Shown here: in pieces, positions 14,101 through 26,900 of the stretch
How the letters are laid out: the number at the start of each line of letters is the position of its first letter
Position numbering within the stretch: the stretch's first letter is position 1
Assembly (NCBI GenBank): GCA_002633005.1
Contig: NMRA01000123.1
Coordinates: forward strand, 47,666-111,665
Direction: 5' to 3'
From: Phoronis australis
Taxonomy: Eukaryota > Animalia > Phoronida
Length of the DNA stretch: 64,000 bases
Translations under genes and position numbers: made by a program
The notes under the pieces: model-generated
Database searches by the model: none
The model's input: only the letters and a program-made list of their open reading frames with translations
What the model was told of the DNA's origin: nothing

Positions 14101-15249
14101 TCCTGTTACAAAGGTGAAGGTTTAGCCCTCTCACAACCCTTCCCGTTTTTTGTTCCCTTTTGCAGAGCATAGTCGTCAGGTGAATGCTACGTTGCGCATG
14201 TTTGCCTTGCAGCACGATCTTTTTCGGTACCCGGAAATTCTAAGAACGTGTCTCTTTGTTGGAACATTTTGAGGAAAAAAACAAGCAAAGTTATTTTGTC
14301 AAGAAATCTATTGCACATTAAAGTGCTACTCAACACCACTTGCATACCGTCAACATTCAGGTCAGCATATAATCCCCTACGTACCGTTTTGTCTACATAT
14401 TTACATTTCGTTGAGAAGCACTTTAATTCTTCATATAGTTAACACAAGCGTCCCAAACTGGGGAATTTTTATCGTAATACCACTGGGTCATGCAATTTTA
14501 TGCTGTTACACTTATTGTTAAAATTGGCCAGGGGAAGAACAGCAGTTTGTTACTTCTTCGGACCACTAAAGCTCAGATTAAATGTTCAGGTCATGGCAAG
14601 CCCAGGAACCCGATTGCCAGACTGAGTGAGGAACAACTGCCGACACGACCAATTTTATAACGTTAGGTGGCCTAAATCAGAACTCATTTTTGATAAAAAA
14701 TTGATAAAAAATCCCAGGTTTAATGCCGCTTCAAACGGATTTCAAGCTATTGAATCGCATTGCAGTAGTTTATGGAAACCTTATTCTTCGTCGCAGGATT
14801 TTGAAAGTTACAACCGGTTTGGTCTAAACATAGCATCAGCAATATTCACGATGATTGAAAAAGCGCCTGCTAGTTTGTTCAATTAATAACTCTAATCAAA
14901 CGTGGGCTAATTTATTCCAGTACATCATCATGTCAAAAAACTTTAATTTAACACTGACATTGCAGATACGAACAACAACGAAGAGGGCACCGTAGACCCG
15001 GAAACAACAGAAACCCCACCTTCACCTGAAATAACTACGCAGAAACCCAACGTGAAAGTGAAGAACGGTGGTGATACGAAGAAAGATGGTGCAGAGAACA
15101 TTCATGTTGTTATTAAACCACCTGAATCATCGGAGGCGAGAGGCGACGCGTCGACAAGAAAGATTATGGCGTCACAGGGAGCAGTGGCGGCCATATTACA
15201 AATGATGGTCATCAGTTTTACCGTACGACCACATCTGTTTTTATTCTAG
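11183..15249 (+). CDS. 3' portion of a predicted GPI-anchored extracellular protein: NtA/NTR-like domain end + VWC domain + Thr/Pro stalk. Exons 11183-11356, 12275-12343, 13892-14113, 14966-15249; 5' exons not located
   Basis: Four exons with phase-1 junctions join in frame. Exon 3 encodes a 10-Cys VWC (CKIGSDTHEHDETWLEHKPCVERCRCSYGKVVCNKICP...CPEPHFTPHQCCQRLSC). The last exon ends in a hydrophobic tail (GAVAAILQMMVISFTVRPHLFLF*). AATAAA near 16108. Confidence 0.8.
12756..13513. mobile_element. Non-autonomous element with a terminal 147-nt hairpin and an internal inverted repeat (possibly Crypton-like; class uncertain)
   Basis: Hairpin 12756-12902 centred on ccGAAgg; gtatttatcccatacgc (12901) is inverted at gcgtatggtataaagtac (about 13496-13513). 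Confidence 0.5.
13892..14113 (+). CDS. von Willebrand factor type C domain exon
   Basis: ccttttcag acceptor, gtgaag donor, symmetric phase 1-1, canonical W-x-PC-x-CxC and CC pattern. Confidence 0.88.
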
Positions 15250-15762
15250 TGCGCATCCGCAGGTAGCTTGGTTTTCACTAATATTCCCAGTCTAGCCGAT
15301 TTCGAAAACCACAGTCGACCAAGAAAGGTGCCCCCCTTGACTATGTAAAGCCGGCTTTTCAAAGTCATGCAACAACCACTAATGTGTTGTTTCCCAGACT
15401 TCAGAGACCGAGATTCAACTAGGCAAGTGATATGGGTTTGGCTAAATTTTGAATGGCTTACTCCCGTTAATATCATTGAAACGTGCTCCCTATGGGCTAT
15501 TAGGATAGACGGTTTTACCGTTTCTCACTTGCCTCCAATGTTGCCTCACTGCATAACTCGACCCCAGAGTTTCGACTTGGTGTGATCATCAGAGATTTGC
15601 CGAATTTTCACCGCACGACGTCGCTGACTGGGAAAGGTTTCCTACTTTCTTTTTGTGCTACACGCGACTAATTGATGCAGCTGTGCAAGCAAAATTTAAA
15701 TTATTTATTGAAATGGCTCGAGCTTAGCTGAACTCATCGTAACTCAGTGTCATCATGGAAAT

Positions 15763-16009
15763 CATGCGCGCACCCAGCAGGGGCTCGAGCGAAGTGGGTA
15801 AATAGGTCCGCCTCAGAGAAACAAGAAGTCCGAGAAAACGAGACAAAAGTCCACTAAAAAGGCGCAGACGTACAGTTCACAGACCTGAAGGTGCTCCCCT
15901 TTTTAATTTTTTTTATTTTTTAGTCCTCCTGCTTTTTGTCAGCAAAAGGTCCACTTTAATGTCAAAGATTCGAGCCCCCCATATTAATTAAAGGCTGGAT
16001 GAGCGCATG
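15763..16009. mobile_element. MITE with CATG termini and 5-bp TSD, in the presumed 3'UTR of the VWC gene
   Basis: TIR catgcgcgcacccagc / gctggatgagcgcatg, TSD gaaat on both sides. Confidence 0.7.
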
Positions 16010-19000
16010 GAAATGTTATTTAACTCTGATTGCAAAGTAATTTCATTTTGGTTTACTTAATTCATTGAGTAAATAGGCTTCTGGCAAGTTTTACGAGTTA
16101 CTCTTGAATAAAAATGGCTGCTCTCTTTGTCTTTTCAAACATTGTGCAACTAGTTATAACTTCGCATTTCATTTGTTTCGACATGAGAGACTAGAATATC
16201 GCGATCACTAGACCTTCTATAGCACTGGGTATTGCAACCGTGAAACGAGAAAACGGAACAAACACGACTTAAATTGAAAGTTTTCATAGCTCCATACACA
16301 TGTACGTGAGCGAGACGTATGAACTCACCCAGCGTAAGTGTGTCATGTCCATCAGACGAGTTTCTTGACTGAAGAAATTTATGCCATATCCGCGCTTCTC
16401 CTAGAAGTACCGCGGGAAAGTGTTAGAACCCCCGTGTTGTTACAACCACTATAAACGCCAATCTTCACTATTCTTTCATGGCCGCAAATGAGCAGCAATA
16501 TCTGGCGACTTATTACACTGAACACAACGGAGGAAGACTAACGCTGTCATTTGTCCCGATTCTACGTATAAATATCGACCAACAAGGGCTCTATACTCGA
16601 GATCAGCTAACATACATCAGACAGCGTTTGCCTGTTCTCTAACTCGACAGCTGAATTAGACCATGGACAACACCAAAACGTTACTTATTTGAACTGTCGT
16701 GGCATCTTTTGTAAGCACCGCGTTCCAGGACTGCGCTCAGCTTGTTAATTCCGTGTCCGGTGTTCTCTCTTCGATAGGCTAAGTGGCACAGAGAATTAAA
16801 AAAAATCGTGCCTCTTTAACTCTGATGGCCTACGCCAGACTCATTGAATCCGAAGGCTGTGTTCTGTAGAACCAAGACACTCTCGAAGCGACAAGAAATC
16901 TTTGATTATGTAACAGAATTAAACACTAAGTCCGAGCTTCACTGGCCCTGCAAAGGCTCATCGAAAAACCATTTTATAAGCCCAGCAGCCGCCATTTTTT
17001 AAGACACATGCAATAGGCCCATATGCTAAGCTACCGAGCATACTGGCCTTCCACTTGTGTGATTTTGCTTTTACGCGAAACGCCCTGAACCCAGGGCCTC
17101 AGTGTTCAGAAAAAGCCCTCATCACTTTTAGAGAAGCAGTGACCATAACGATTTAGGACGGTCTAGTTTTTCAAACAATCACTTACCGTTCAAAATAGGA
17201 GGTGCCCAAATCATCAAAGCTTTGGACGATACTACTGATTCTATCAAAATTTTTATTAGCAACTCAGTAACACAAGTTCCACAATGGTCAACCTACCTTT
17301 TACCTAACAAATAGGTAAACTTCATTACCAAGGATAGCATTTCTAACGTAGACCCATAAAATAATGTACTTTTAAAAAATCTTCGATGTCATTATTTTTC
17401 GAAAAATAAAATTTTGACCGCCAGTACCTGGAAGACAACGGCGAGAAATGGCGATTTGCAAAAACAGTTTTTGTTGTTTTCATATACACCAGCTCTGGCC
17501 AAAGCTACTAACTTTAAGAAGTCTATCCCGCCCAACAACAATGCCCAAAAATGTTTTTTTTTCGGTTGTAAAACCCGATGTCTATCCATAGTAAGGAAGG
17601 TAGCGTATTACAGACATGACTGTACATAATTGAATAGTAACCACATCATGGAGTAGGCCACCAACCACAAAGTTTCTAACAGAAGCAAGGTGTCCTAATA
17701 CAAACCTGGATGCAGGGCATGCTGAAATTCATAAACCCTGTTTTCCAGTAAACACTAGGACTGCCAATACAAGCACCGGCTACAATACTCGCGAACATGG
17801 CTATGCCTAGTAACTGACTATCAGTATGGGCGACCTTTTACACTGGGTGCTAGTAAAAACGACCATTACTAACAGACCTGGAAAACAAGAAATGAGTAAA
17901 CATCCGGGCATCCATTAGAGGATTTACAGTACTTTTGTTAGAAAACAGGAATATGAACAAGGTTAATTAAACTATATTAACGAACGACTTGATATTCCAT
18001 GATTTCTAATCACCTGATTACCTGCTATGATTCCACAGGACTTTCAGTACAAAACACACAAACGGGATTAATAACGAGTACAAAAACACAGTAGCTAACC
18101 ACAAAATACAAACAATACAAAATACACCATTCTTCAGCAGTCGGTTACTAAGAGGCAATAAACCCACGTTCTGTCGATTCAATTATCGTTTGATTTCCAC
18201 CACTAGGTGCCATTTAATATTGGCCTTAGCTTATTCTTAACTCAGATGAGAAGTGGTCTTGCAAAATGAGAATTCCTGATTGCAAGAGACCAATGCTCAA
18301 CGAATAGAAAGAGCTGCCATGCTAAGTCAACCCCACCTGTTGGGAATAAGGGACAACTGGATGCAAATTTCAAAATGGCAAGTGGTCTGAATCAAAATTT
18401 GTTTTGTCAGGAAAGGCGGATCTGTAGCTGCTTTAAAAACAATTGGGAAGCATTCTTCAGCCCATCATAACTACGACAGGATGTTATATCTCAAGACTGT
18501 GAACATGGCACTGAATCTGTACATTAAAATCTCACACAATGCTAACTAGGTAAAAAAATTGTGGACTTCTAACCAGAATGAAACAACTTCCAGTTGAAGC
18601 TACCAGTAAACTCTATTTGGTACATAGTCTGATAATGTGTAACTGGGAACGCTAATAACCCACATCTTTTAAGCACAATTCCACTCAAAAAAACATTAAC
18701 TAAAAGGATGGCTGTCGAAGAAGGCCTTGTTCGATATGGCTTAAAATCGAAACACTGAAGTATTGGTAAACGTAACCCCAACGACATACTTCCTAAATAA
18801 TTAATATTGAAAAGCGTGGAAGCAAAGATTTTAGACATGACATTTTTGTTCATAAGACAAGTCTCTGCAGCATTACTACAATTTCAAGCATCCTATTTTG
18901 AAATACAGTTTGGGATAGGCTTCATAATTTTGGACACCGAAATTCCAGCTGAAATTGAATTTTCTCGATTCTAAACATTGTGAAAATTTTGGCATTCATC

Positions 19001-20766
19001 ATGTTACCCAAATAATGAAATTTGTGAACGGGAAAGCGGAAAGACTTGGCAGTTAATGAAATCGTCAAAAATAACCATCAACGTGATGTCGCCATTGATG
19101 GTGATTCTTGAATTCGGGATGAAAAGTAATTCCTAAGTCTAAAATTTGCCACCAACTTTACGGCAAAATAAGTTAAATTTTCACTGTCCCAAACTGGAGA
19201 ATTTATACCGAAACCAGCAGCAACGCATTGCCATAAGTTAAATAGTTTATAAATATTTACAGTGTATTTACAACACCTATCAGCAACATTCTGTAATAGA
19301 AACAAAATCTAACAAGAGCAAAATACACGGACTACTTAAATTACGAATAACCATTCAATGTCAATATTACTGTGACCTGAAGGAGCAACAAACATAAATG
19401 CAAAGAATATCATTCTGCCATTTTGACACCAGGCATCCACTTCACTCACACATTCCTACGTTAACAATCCAAAGTCTAAATTGAACCCTTTATTCAGCCC
19501 ATTCTCCTTATTCCTGAAGTCTCAACTGAATATAACTGATATCTTGTAACTTTTTGACACACGAGGGACAAACTATAGACTAAAGTACTACAACTGTACA
19601 CCGACTTGTTGTAGTCTATTTTTTATCATTCAATCAATCAACGCTCTTCTACAAATGTCTGCAAGTGTCAGACCAGCCATAATTCACCCATTACACTTTA
19701 TGTTTAACACATTATCAAGACAGTAATGGCAAGTATCAACCATAAAACTGGTTTCACTCTCAAATGCCATACACCACTATTTCGTAAAGAAATACAAAAA
19801 ATAGTCAAGGTTACAAAACAATCAAAAATCTCAAACTGGGGAAAGTAAAATGTGACTGAAACCCTTTTCCCAGTCAAACACACACTGGAATTAAAAGGAA
19901 ACGCATACACGCAAATTGAACCCGTAACATTTAACAAGTTTAGAAGTCAACCTCAATCTACAACACACTCTTTATAAGGTTGTCTTCCGTGGTCCACAGT
20001 CAACACTAAAATGCATCAAGATCTTGCCATACAACAGCCAGGGGTACATTTTATGAAAGTTACCCATCTGTGTTCATTGGCATGACATCATCATTATTTA
20101 ANCAATCAAAAATCTCAAACTGGGGAAAGTAAAATGTGACTGAAACCCTTTTCCCAGTCAAACACACACTGGAATTAAAAGGAAACGCATACACGCAAAT
20201 TGAACCCGTAACGTTTAACAAGTTTAGAAGTCAACCTCATTCTACAACACACTCTTTATAAGGTTGTCTTCCGTGGTCCACAGTCAACACTAAAATGCAT
20301 CAAGATCTTGCCATACAACAGCCAGGGGTACATTTCATGAAAGTTACCCATCTGTGTTCATTGGCATGACATCATCATCATTTAACAAGTGTAGCATGAG
20401 AAGTTACTTCCATATTGTAATCTTTATATACAGCGAAACCTGACCCATCTCAATTCAAACTCCTGGAATGAGTCCTGCCACCTAGTGTGCAATGCTTTAA
20501 GGCTCAACTCAATAAGCACTGCAATATTAGAAAATCAAACACAAGAATCCAAGTCATGAAAACATTGACTTAAGGTTGAAATGAGTTGTGGCGACATAGC
20601 CTGCAATATTCTGTTCTTTATGTAGCAGTATTGGCTACAGTCAGTAAGAACAGAGATGAGTCACGGAACACAGTGTGCGACTGGCTTAACTTTCACGCAA
20701 CTCGCCCTAGGACATGCTAAGTGGCCACCAGTCATTATAACATAGCGCAAATTATTCACCAAACTA

Positions 20767-20921
20767 CTAAAACTTCATCTTATGTATCTTCAACAGTTTT
20801 CCCAGCCTTTGCTTAGCAGTAGCCATGCCTTTCTTGGCTTTCTTATTTCTGCCGCCATCGTCACCACCGCCAACAGGACACTTTCGCTTGCCAAAGGCTC
20901 CAGACTGTTGCAGGATAGAAG
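20767..20921 (-). CDS. KDM7: KDM7 terminal exon 20
   Basis: [13 protein letters not shown]...[22 protein letters not shown] then TAG TAG. Confidence 0.92.
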
Positions 20922-23900
20922 CTGCAAGTTCCAGTATAATGAATCACTGGCCAGAAATGACATAACTATAGTAGGCATTATCTCTAAGTGGATATAAAAT
21001 GACGCGGAATGAAACAAGTATATTTCGAAATATCGTGTACCTTTTAATTATGTCGCTTGGTCACTTACTTCATCTATGTTCCCTTAAGAGTAGAGTTTTA
21101 TTCCAAACATATGAACGAAACAGAATAAAGACTTGTTAAATCAATTCTGCATATCGGAAAACTTCCTCCTGAAGTACAGCCAGCAAACATATATAAATAA
21201 TGTAATTCTTAAAACTGGCATGGAAATGCAGAGTGCAATCATTTTTAATTCTGGTCAGCACGCCACTGGTGGCCACATCACATGACTTAATTAATACAAG
21301 TCTGATTGGATTCCCGTATTCCACCAGTAGGTCCCAATGGCTCGGTAGACTAGGGCACCTGCATGATTAGCAGAAGGTCCCAGGTTTGACAACCGGTCGG
21401 GGGCAGAAATCTTTTCAGACTTGTATTCATAAGGTCATGTGATGTGACCACATGTGTTGTGCTGACCAGTCTTAACAATTTTACAACATGCATTTTCATG
21501 TTGGCTTAGGAATTACACATTTATATAAGTGGTCTTAACCTAAATTTGATAACACAAACAAACAACTTTGTTAAGTTTAAGACACGAAGTTTAACAGTGA
21601 CTCCACGCAATCGTATTTTGCTTAGTCACTTAGCATGTCTCAAAATGTCACCCTTATGTTTCTCACCAGGAGCACTGCTGGACGGGTTGAACGATGACGG
21701 TCCTGGCCTCTCATCATCAAACATAAACTCAGACATGGACAGAGACTGAGACAGGAAAGAGGAGTCTGGCTTTGTCAGTTTGGACTTCTTCTTAACATAC
21801 TGACGTTTCTGCTTCTGAAAGGCGACAAAATAGATTGTTAAGGTTACAGACCTTATCCACGAGTATGGGCATTTTGCCAAATGTATAGGAAACTATTGAA
21901 AATAGCTTTGTAACAGTACATATTTTGCAAAGTAGAAAGCCTTTGACAACTTGTCTTTAATTGGGTTAATTGAACGGTTTTTTGAATAAAATTTAGTAGA
22001 ATTCATAGTAAAAGAATCGTGTCCATAGCATGACCAATTCATTTGATGTATATACTCAAAAATTGTTACAGTATTCGAAAATAACATTTCATTTTCGTTA
22101 TCTGCAACTTTTGATTTCTTCTTAACAACTACTGTTCAAAATTACAGCACTTTTCACGTCTTGTCTTGGTCAACGTCCTTCAGACTAACACACAACATGG
22201 AAAATAAGATGAATGCTATTTCATTGAATTTCTCACAATATATATGTTTTGTTTCCACCATTGCACACGGTCTTCCCTGTTGCAATAAATCACAAAACAC
22301 AAGTGCAAACACGAGCTCAACCTTTGAAAATGCAATTCAGGCAGTTTATTTCATGAGGAAAACAGGAAAGTTAACACAAATCTCAATTATGCTTTCAGAG
22401 GAAAATGGCCAACTTAAGACCGTTTGAAAACCAAATAGCAGAAAAGTACTGACGGGCCTATTGGCCAAGGCTACTGCTGCTTGGGCAAGTCCACTCTCTA
22501 CTGACTCTCGTCTCTTGCCTTCGCGAGCGGGTCTCTCTGGCTTGGGAACGTTCACAGACACTTTGGCTGAAATGAGAGAACACGATCATTACACTTTCGC
22601 TTTTCAGTTACAGAATAAATCCTGTCCATTTTTGTAAATAATTCCAGGTTCATGCGACTGAAGATAGCTCCACTTTCGTTGATGTCAATACTGAAGGCCA
22701 ATCTAGCCTAGCTTTTAATTTAAACCAACAGGGAAGACAACTTGACTTCAGTAACAATGACTAACCTTTTGGGTTCCATGTTTCGTCTTTCTTCGGACGT
22801 CCACGCGGCTTGAATATGGCATCGTCCTCCCCATCGGAAGCCTCAAGAGTGGGATAGACTAAAACAGCATGGTACTCCAGAGTATCGACCACTACATGAT
22901 ACTGTTACGTTTCTCATAGTACTTTAATTTACTTGAAATCATAGCTACCAAAAGGTGGCGTTAACCACACATCTTTAAAACACAGGAACCAATGAGGAAA
23001 ACCACAAGTTTTTCTGGAGAGGCAAAGAAAACTAGGCAAAAGAAGTTGACATTTTCACTCTCACTCTCACAACAGAGGGTAAAAAACAAACCTAAATAAA
23101 ATTTTCCAAATTTCCTACTCTTACATTTTTACAAAAAAACAAAATACAGTCCACCATTTCCGTAATTACATTTCCAGTCACATCATTTCAAACCAAGGGG
23201 TCTGCGCAAGACACCATTGCCCCGCGAAAGCCCTCTGTTCTTAAAGTAAGATGAACGTATTGCTGCTATAGAAGGTACACTCATGTAGTAAAATTGGCAA
23301 AAATGATTTTATTAAGATTGTGTAAGAGACATTAATGGCAAATCTGTGTATTTAGCAACGAATTTACTCAGTAAAAGTACACATTTTCTGAATTCAGAAA
23401 TATGAAAAAATCAATTTTAAACATAACCAATTTGTCATGGATTGGGTGACAGCACCATGTGTTTCTAGCAAAATTCAGCACAAAAACAGAAAGGTACACG
23501 GATAGAAAAACAACAGCATCAATAACAAAAGACCAAATTTCATTAAATATGTTTAAGGGCTGTTCCAGTAAAATCCGTGTGGGAGGGGGGGGACGGCAGT
23601 AGAAATAAAAATTCATGGGTGGTGGTCTTCAGAAAAAAACTCAAATTATGGGTGGTCGTTCCTGTAAGAAGTGATGCATTAAAAATGGGTGGTATTTTTT
23701 GACCTGTTAATGTTGACAGGTTGGTTACTTCAGCCGCCAAAACTAAAAAATGCAATTGGCAGATATCCTAACTTATCCCAATACAAAAAAGCCCATATTG
23801 CCAGTGAACAGAGTGCAATATGTTCACTAAGCCATTAATCAAGTCATGGGCAACTTGATTTGAACCAACTGTTTGTCTGCAGTTCTATTAAATTGAAAAG

Positions 23901-26900
23901 TTATGCAACATTAAAGTGGTGTTAACAAATATAAGAAAATTGATGATCTTTAAATAAAAAGTATGAGGAGTAAGATAAACAAGTTCCAATATTCACTTGA
24001 CATAGAAGTGTAAAAGAGTTCGTGGAGACAGTTTGAGATTCATAGATCCTTATAATTGAAAAAATGTTCATTGAAATTATACACATGGTGAACAGAGACA
24101 CCTGGTGGCTGCCAAAAGTATTGCTCACAGGCTACTTTAGTTTTTGACAATAGTGGACAAGACAACTAGTTCTTGTCTGTCAATCATCTAAGTTCTTAAC
24201 AGGTCCTCCTGGAGGCAATTTGTTTGCAAGTGTTGGATTTTGTATTTTAACCTATTAAAAATAATTAAAAAATTATGGGTCATGGGTTGGAGAAATAAAT
24301 GAAAAATATGGGCGGTGGGTACGAAATAAAAGTGCCTTCCCCCCCTCCCATACAGATTTTGCTGGAACAGCCCTAAGAGGAAATCTCAAACTTCTGTTAC
24401 AGTTATCTAAATTATAGTTTCGATTTTCACTTATGCAACTTTTTTCATGAGAGTCGTAAAAGTCCTATTTCTGATTGCCCCTCACCCAAAAATTTAACAT
24501 TAGAAACAATTCAAAACAGCCTCTTGGAGATCAATGCATAAACCACAGTATCTGAAAGTTTTACATGAATCCGATCAGCCATTTCTGAGATATGATGTTC
24601 CGAATTAAGCCAAATCTGGAGACTTTTCTTGGGTCCTGCCTCAGTGTTAACTTTCATAATGACATTTTGGTTTGAAATCAGCTTCACCAGAGCTCAAGCT
24701 TAGGACTAATAGGTGAACTGAATTTTAGTAAAGACAAAACCAACTCAATAATATGAGGCTGTACATCACATACCATATTCGTCATCCCTGTAGCACGTGG
24801 GCATCCGGTCAATTTCATAACCGTCGGCCATCTTTGCTGTTGGTGTCCTCAGTCGTATGGCTGCCTTGGGTCGTGTTATGAACGGACTCTCGCCCGATGT
24901 GGTCAGCTGAGATCCACCCATTTGGCTCATGGAGAGCATGCCCTGGATGGCGTCACGCATTGTGTTGTTCCTGCACAAGAGAGATCACATGACACGTGAA
25001 GCTAACTGTAATTATTATAAGGTGACTGAGTAAGCCCATTGAGGCAGGGGGGGTGTGGTGAATATTCTGTCTTTGAGATTGTATTTACTGGCACCCTTAT
25101 GTCACTATAATAAATAAATAAAAAAAAACTGTATGGAAACATGACTGTGAAACTGAGGGAAAATGTACAGCCAGGAATTGCAAGTGGAGGTAAGAATAAT
25201 TAGTGAAGCTATGGATAACACAATGTGCAAGTGACGTCACATGAATCTACAGACAACATGCACAACAGTGGATAACGTAAATCTACCAATAAATGAACTC
25301 ATGGATAAACCATCATGCAATCGATATTGCGTGAAACTACTGACATAGTGTTAAGCTATTGATAACATGCAGCACTATTAATAGATAACACACGAGGTTA
25401 CAGCTAACATGTAAGATCAAAATATTGAAACTCGTTCAGCTACATATGACACGTGAAGCTAACTGTAATTATTATAAGGTGACTGAGTAAGCCCATTGAG
25501 GCTGGGGGGTGTGGTGAATATTCTGTCTTTGAGATTGTATTTACTGGCACCCTTATGTCACCATAATAATTAAATAAAAAAAAAAACTGTATGGAAAACA
25601 TGACTGTGAAACTGAGGGAAAATGTACAGCCAGGAATAACAAGTGGAGGTAAGAATAATTAGTGAAGCTATGGATAGCGCATTGTGCAAGTGACGTCACA
25701 CAAATCTACTGACAACATGCACAACAGTGGATAACATGTGAACCTACCAATAATAAATAAATCCATGGATAAACCATGATGCAATCGCTATTGCGTGAAA
25801 CTACTGACATAGTGTTAAGCTACTGATAACATGTAGCACTACTAATAGATAACACACGAGGTTACAGCTAACATGTAAGATCAAAATATTGAAACTCGTT
25901 CAGCTACACATAACAAATGGAGGTTTGGATAACAACAGAAATTGTAGATAACACAGTCGTGATAGAATGAAGAACATGTGAAGCTAGAGATATCACATAC
26001 AATGCATAGTACACAGACTATAGAAAAATTGTGAATTTACAGATCCACGTCAATCTGTTGATAATGTGCTGCAACTGAAAACACACGAAGCTCCGGATAA
26101 CAAAAACCTAAAGACAAGAAGTGAAGCAGTGGATAACAAATAATGCAATCGATAATGCATCACTCAAGCTTAACAACATACTCAACACCCTCCCCCTTCA
26201 ATTCACTTTACATCATACTTACCCATCACCCTCTCCCTTCAATTCACTTTCTGCTCCATATCCGCTTGCCTGTAGTATGTCGGCGATGCCGCAGTTAGCG
26301 CCCTGCGAGGGGTCTACTGGCNCATGTGAAACTGAGGGAAAATGTACAGCCAGGAATTGCAAGTGGAGGTAAGAATAATTAGTGAAGCTATGGATAACAC
26401 AATGTGCAAATGACCTCACATGAATCTATAGACAACATGCACAACAGTGGATAACGTAAATCTACCAATAAATGAACACATGGATAAACCATCATGCAAT
26501 CGATATTGCATGAAACTACTGACATTGTGTTAAGCTACTGATAACATGTAGCACTATTAATAGACAACACACGAGGTTACAGCTAACATGTAAGATCAAA
26601 ATATTGAAACTCGTTCAGCTACATATAACAAATGGAGGTTTGGATAACAACAGAAATTGTAGATAACACAGTCGTGATAGAATGAAGAACATGTGAAGCT
26701 ACAGATATCACATACAATGCATAGTACACAGACTATAGAAAAATTGTGAATTTACAGATCCACGTCAATCTGTTGATAATGTGCTGCAACTGAAAACACA
26801 CGAAGCTCCGGATAACAAAAACCTAAAGACAAGAAGTGAAGCAGTGGATAACAAATAATGCAATCGATAATGCATCACTCAAGCTTAACAACATACTCAA

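Noticed and set aside
21133-21168. 36-nt phase 1-1 candidate KDM7 micro-exon
   Set aside because: In frame, but the donor (gtcttt) is weak and there is no homology support.
21331-21405. Functional tRNA gene
   Set aside because: The T-loop lacks TTC, the acceptor stem is mismatched and the anticodon loop is atypical; treated as a pseudogene or SINE head.
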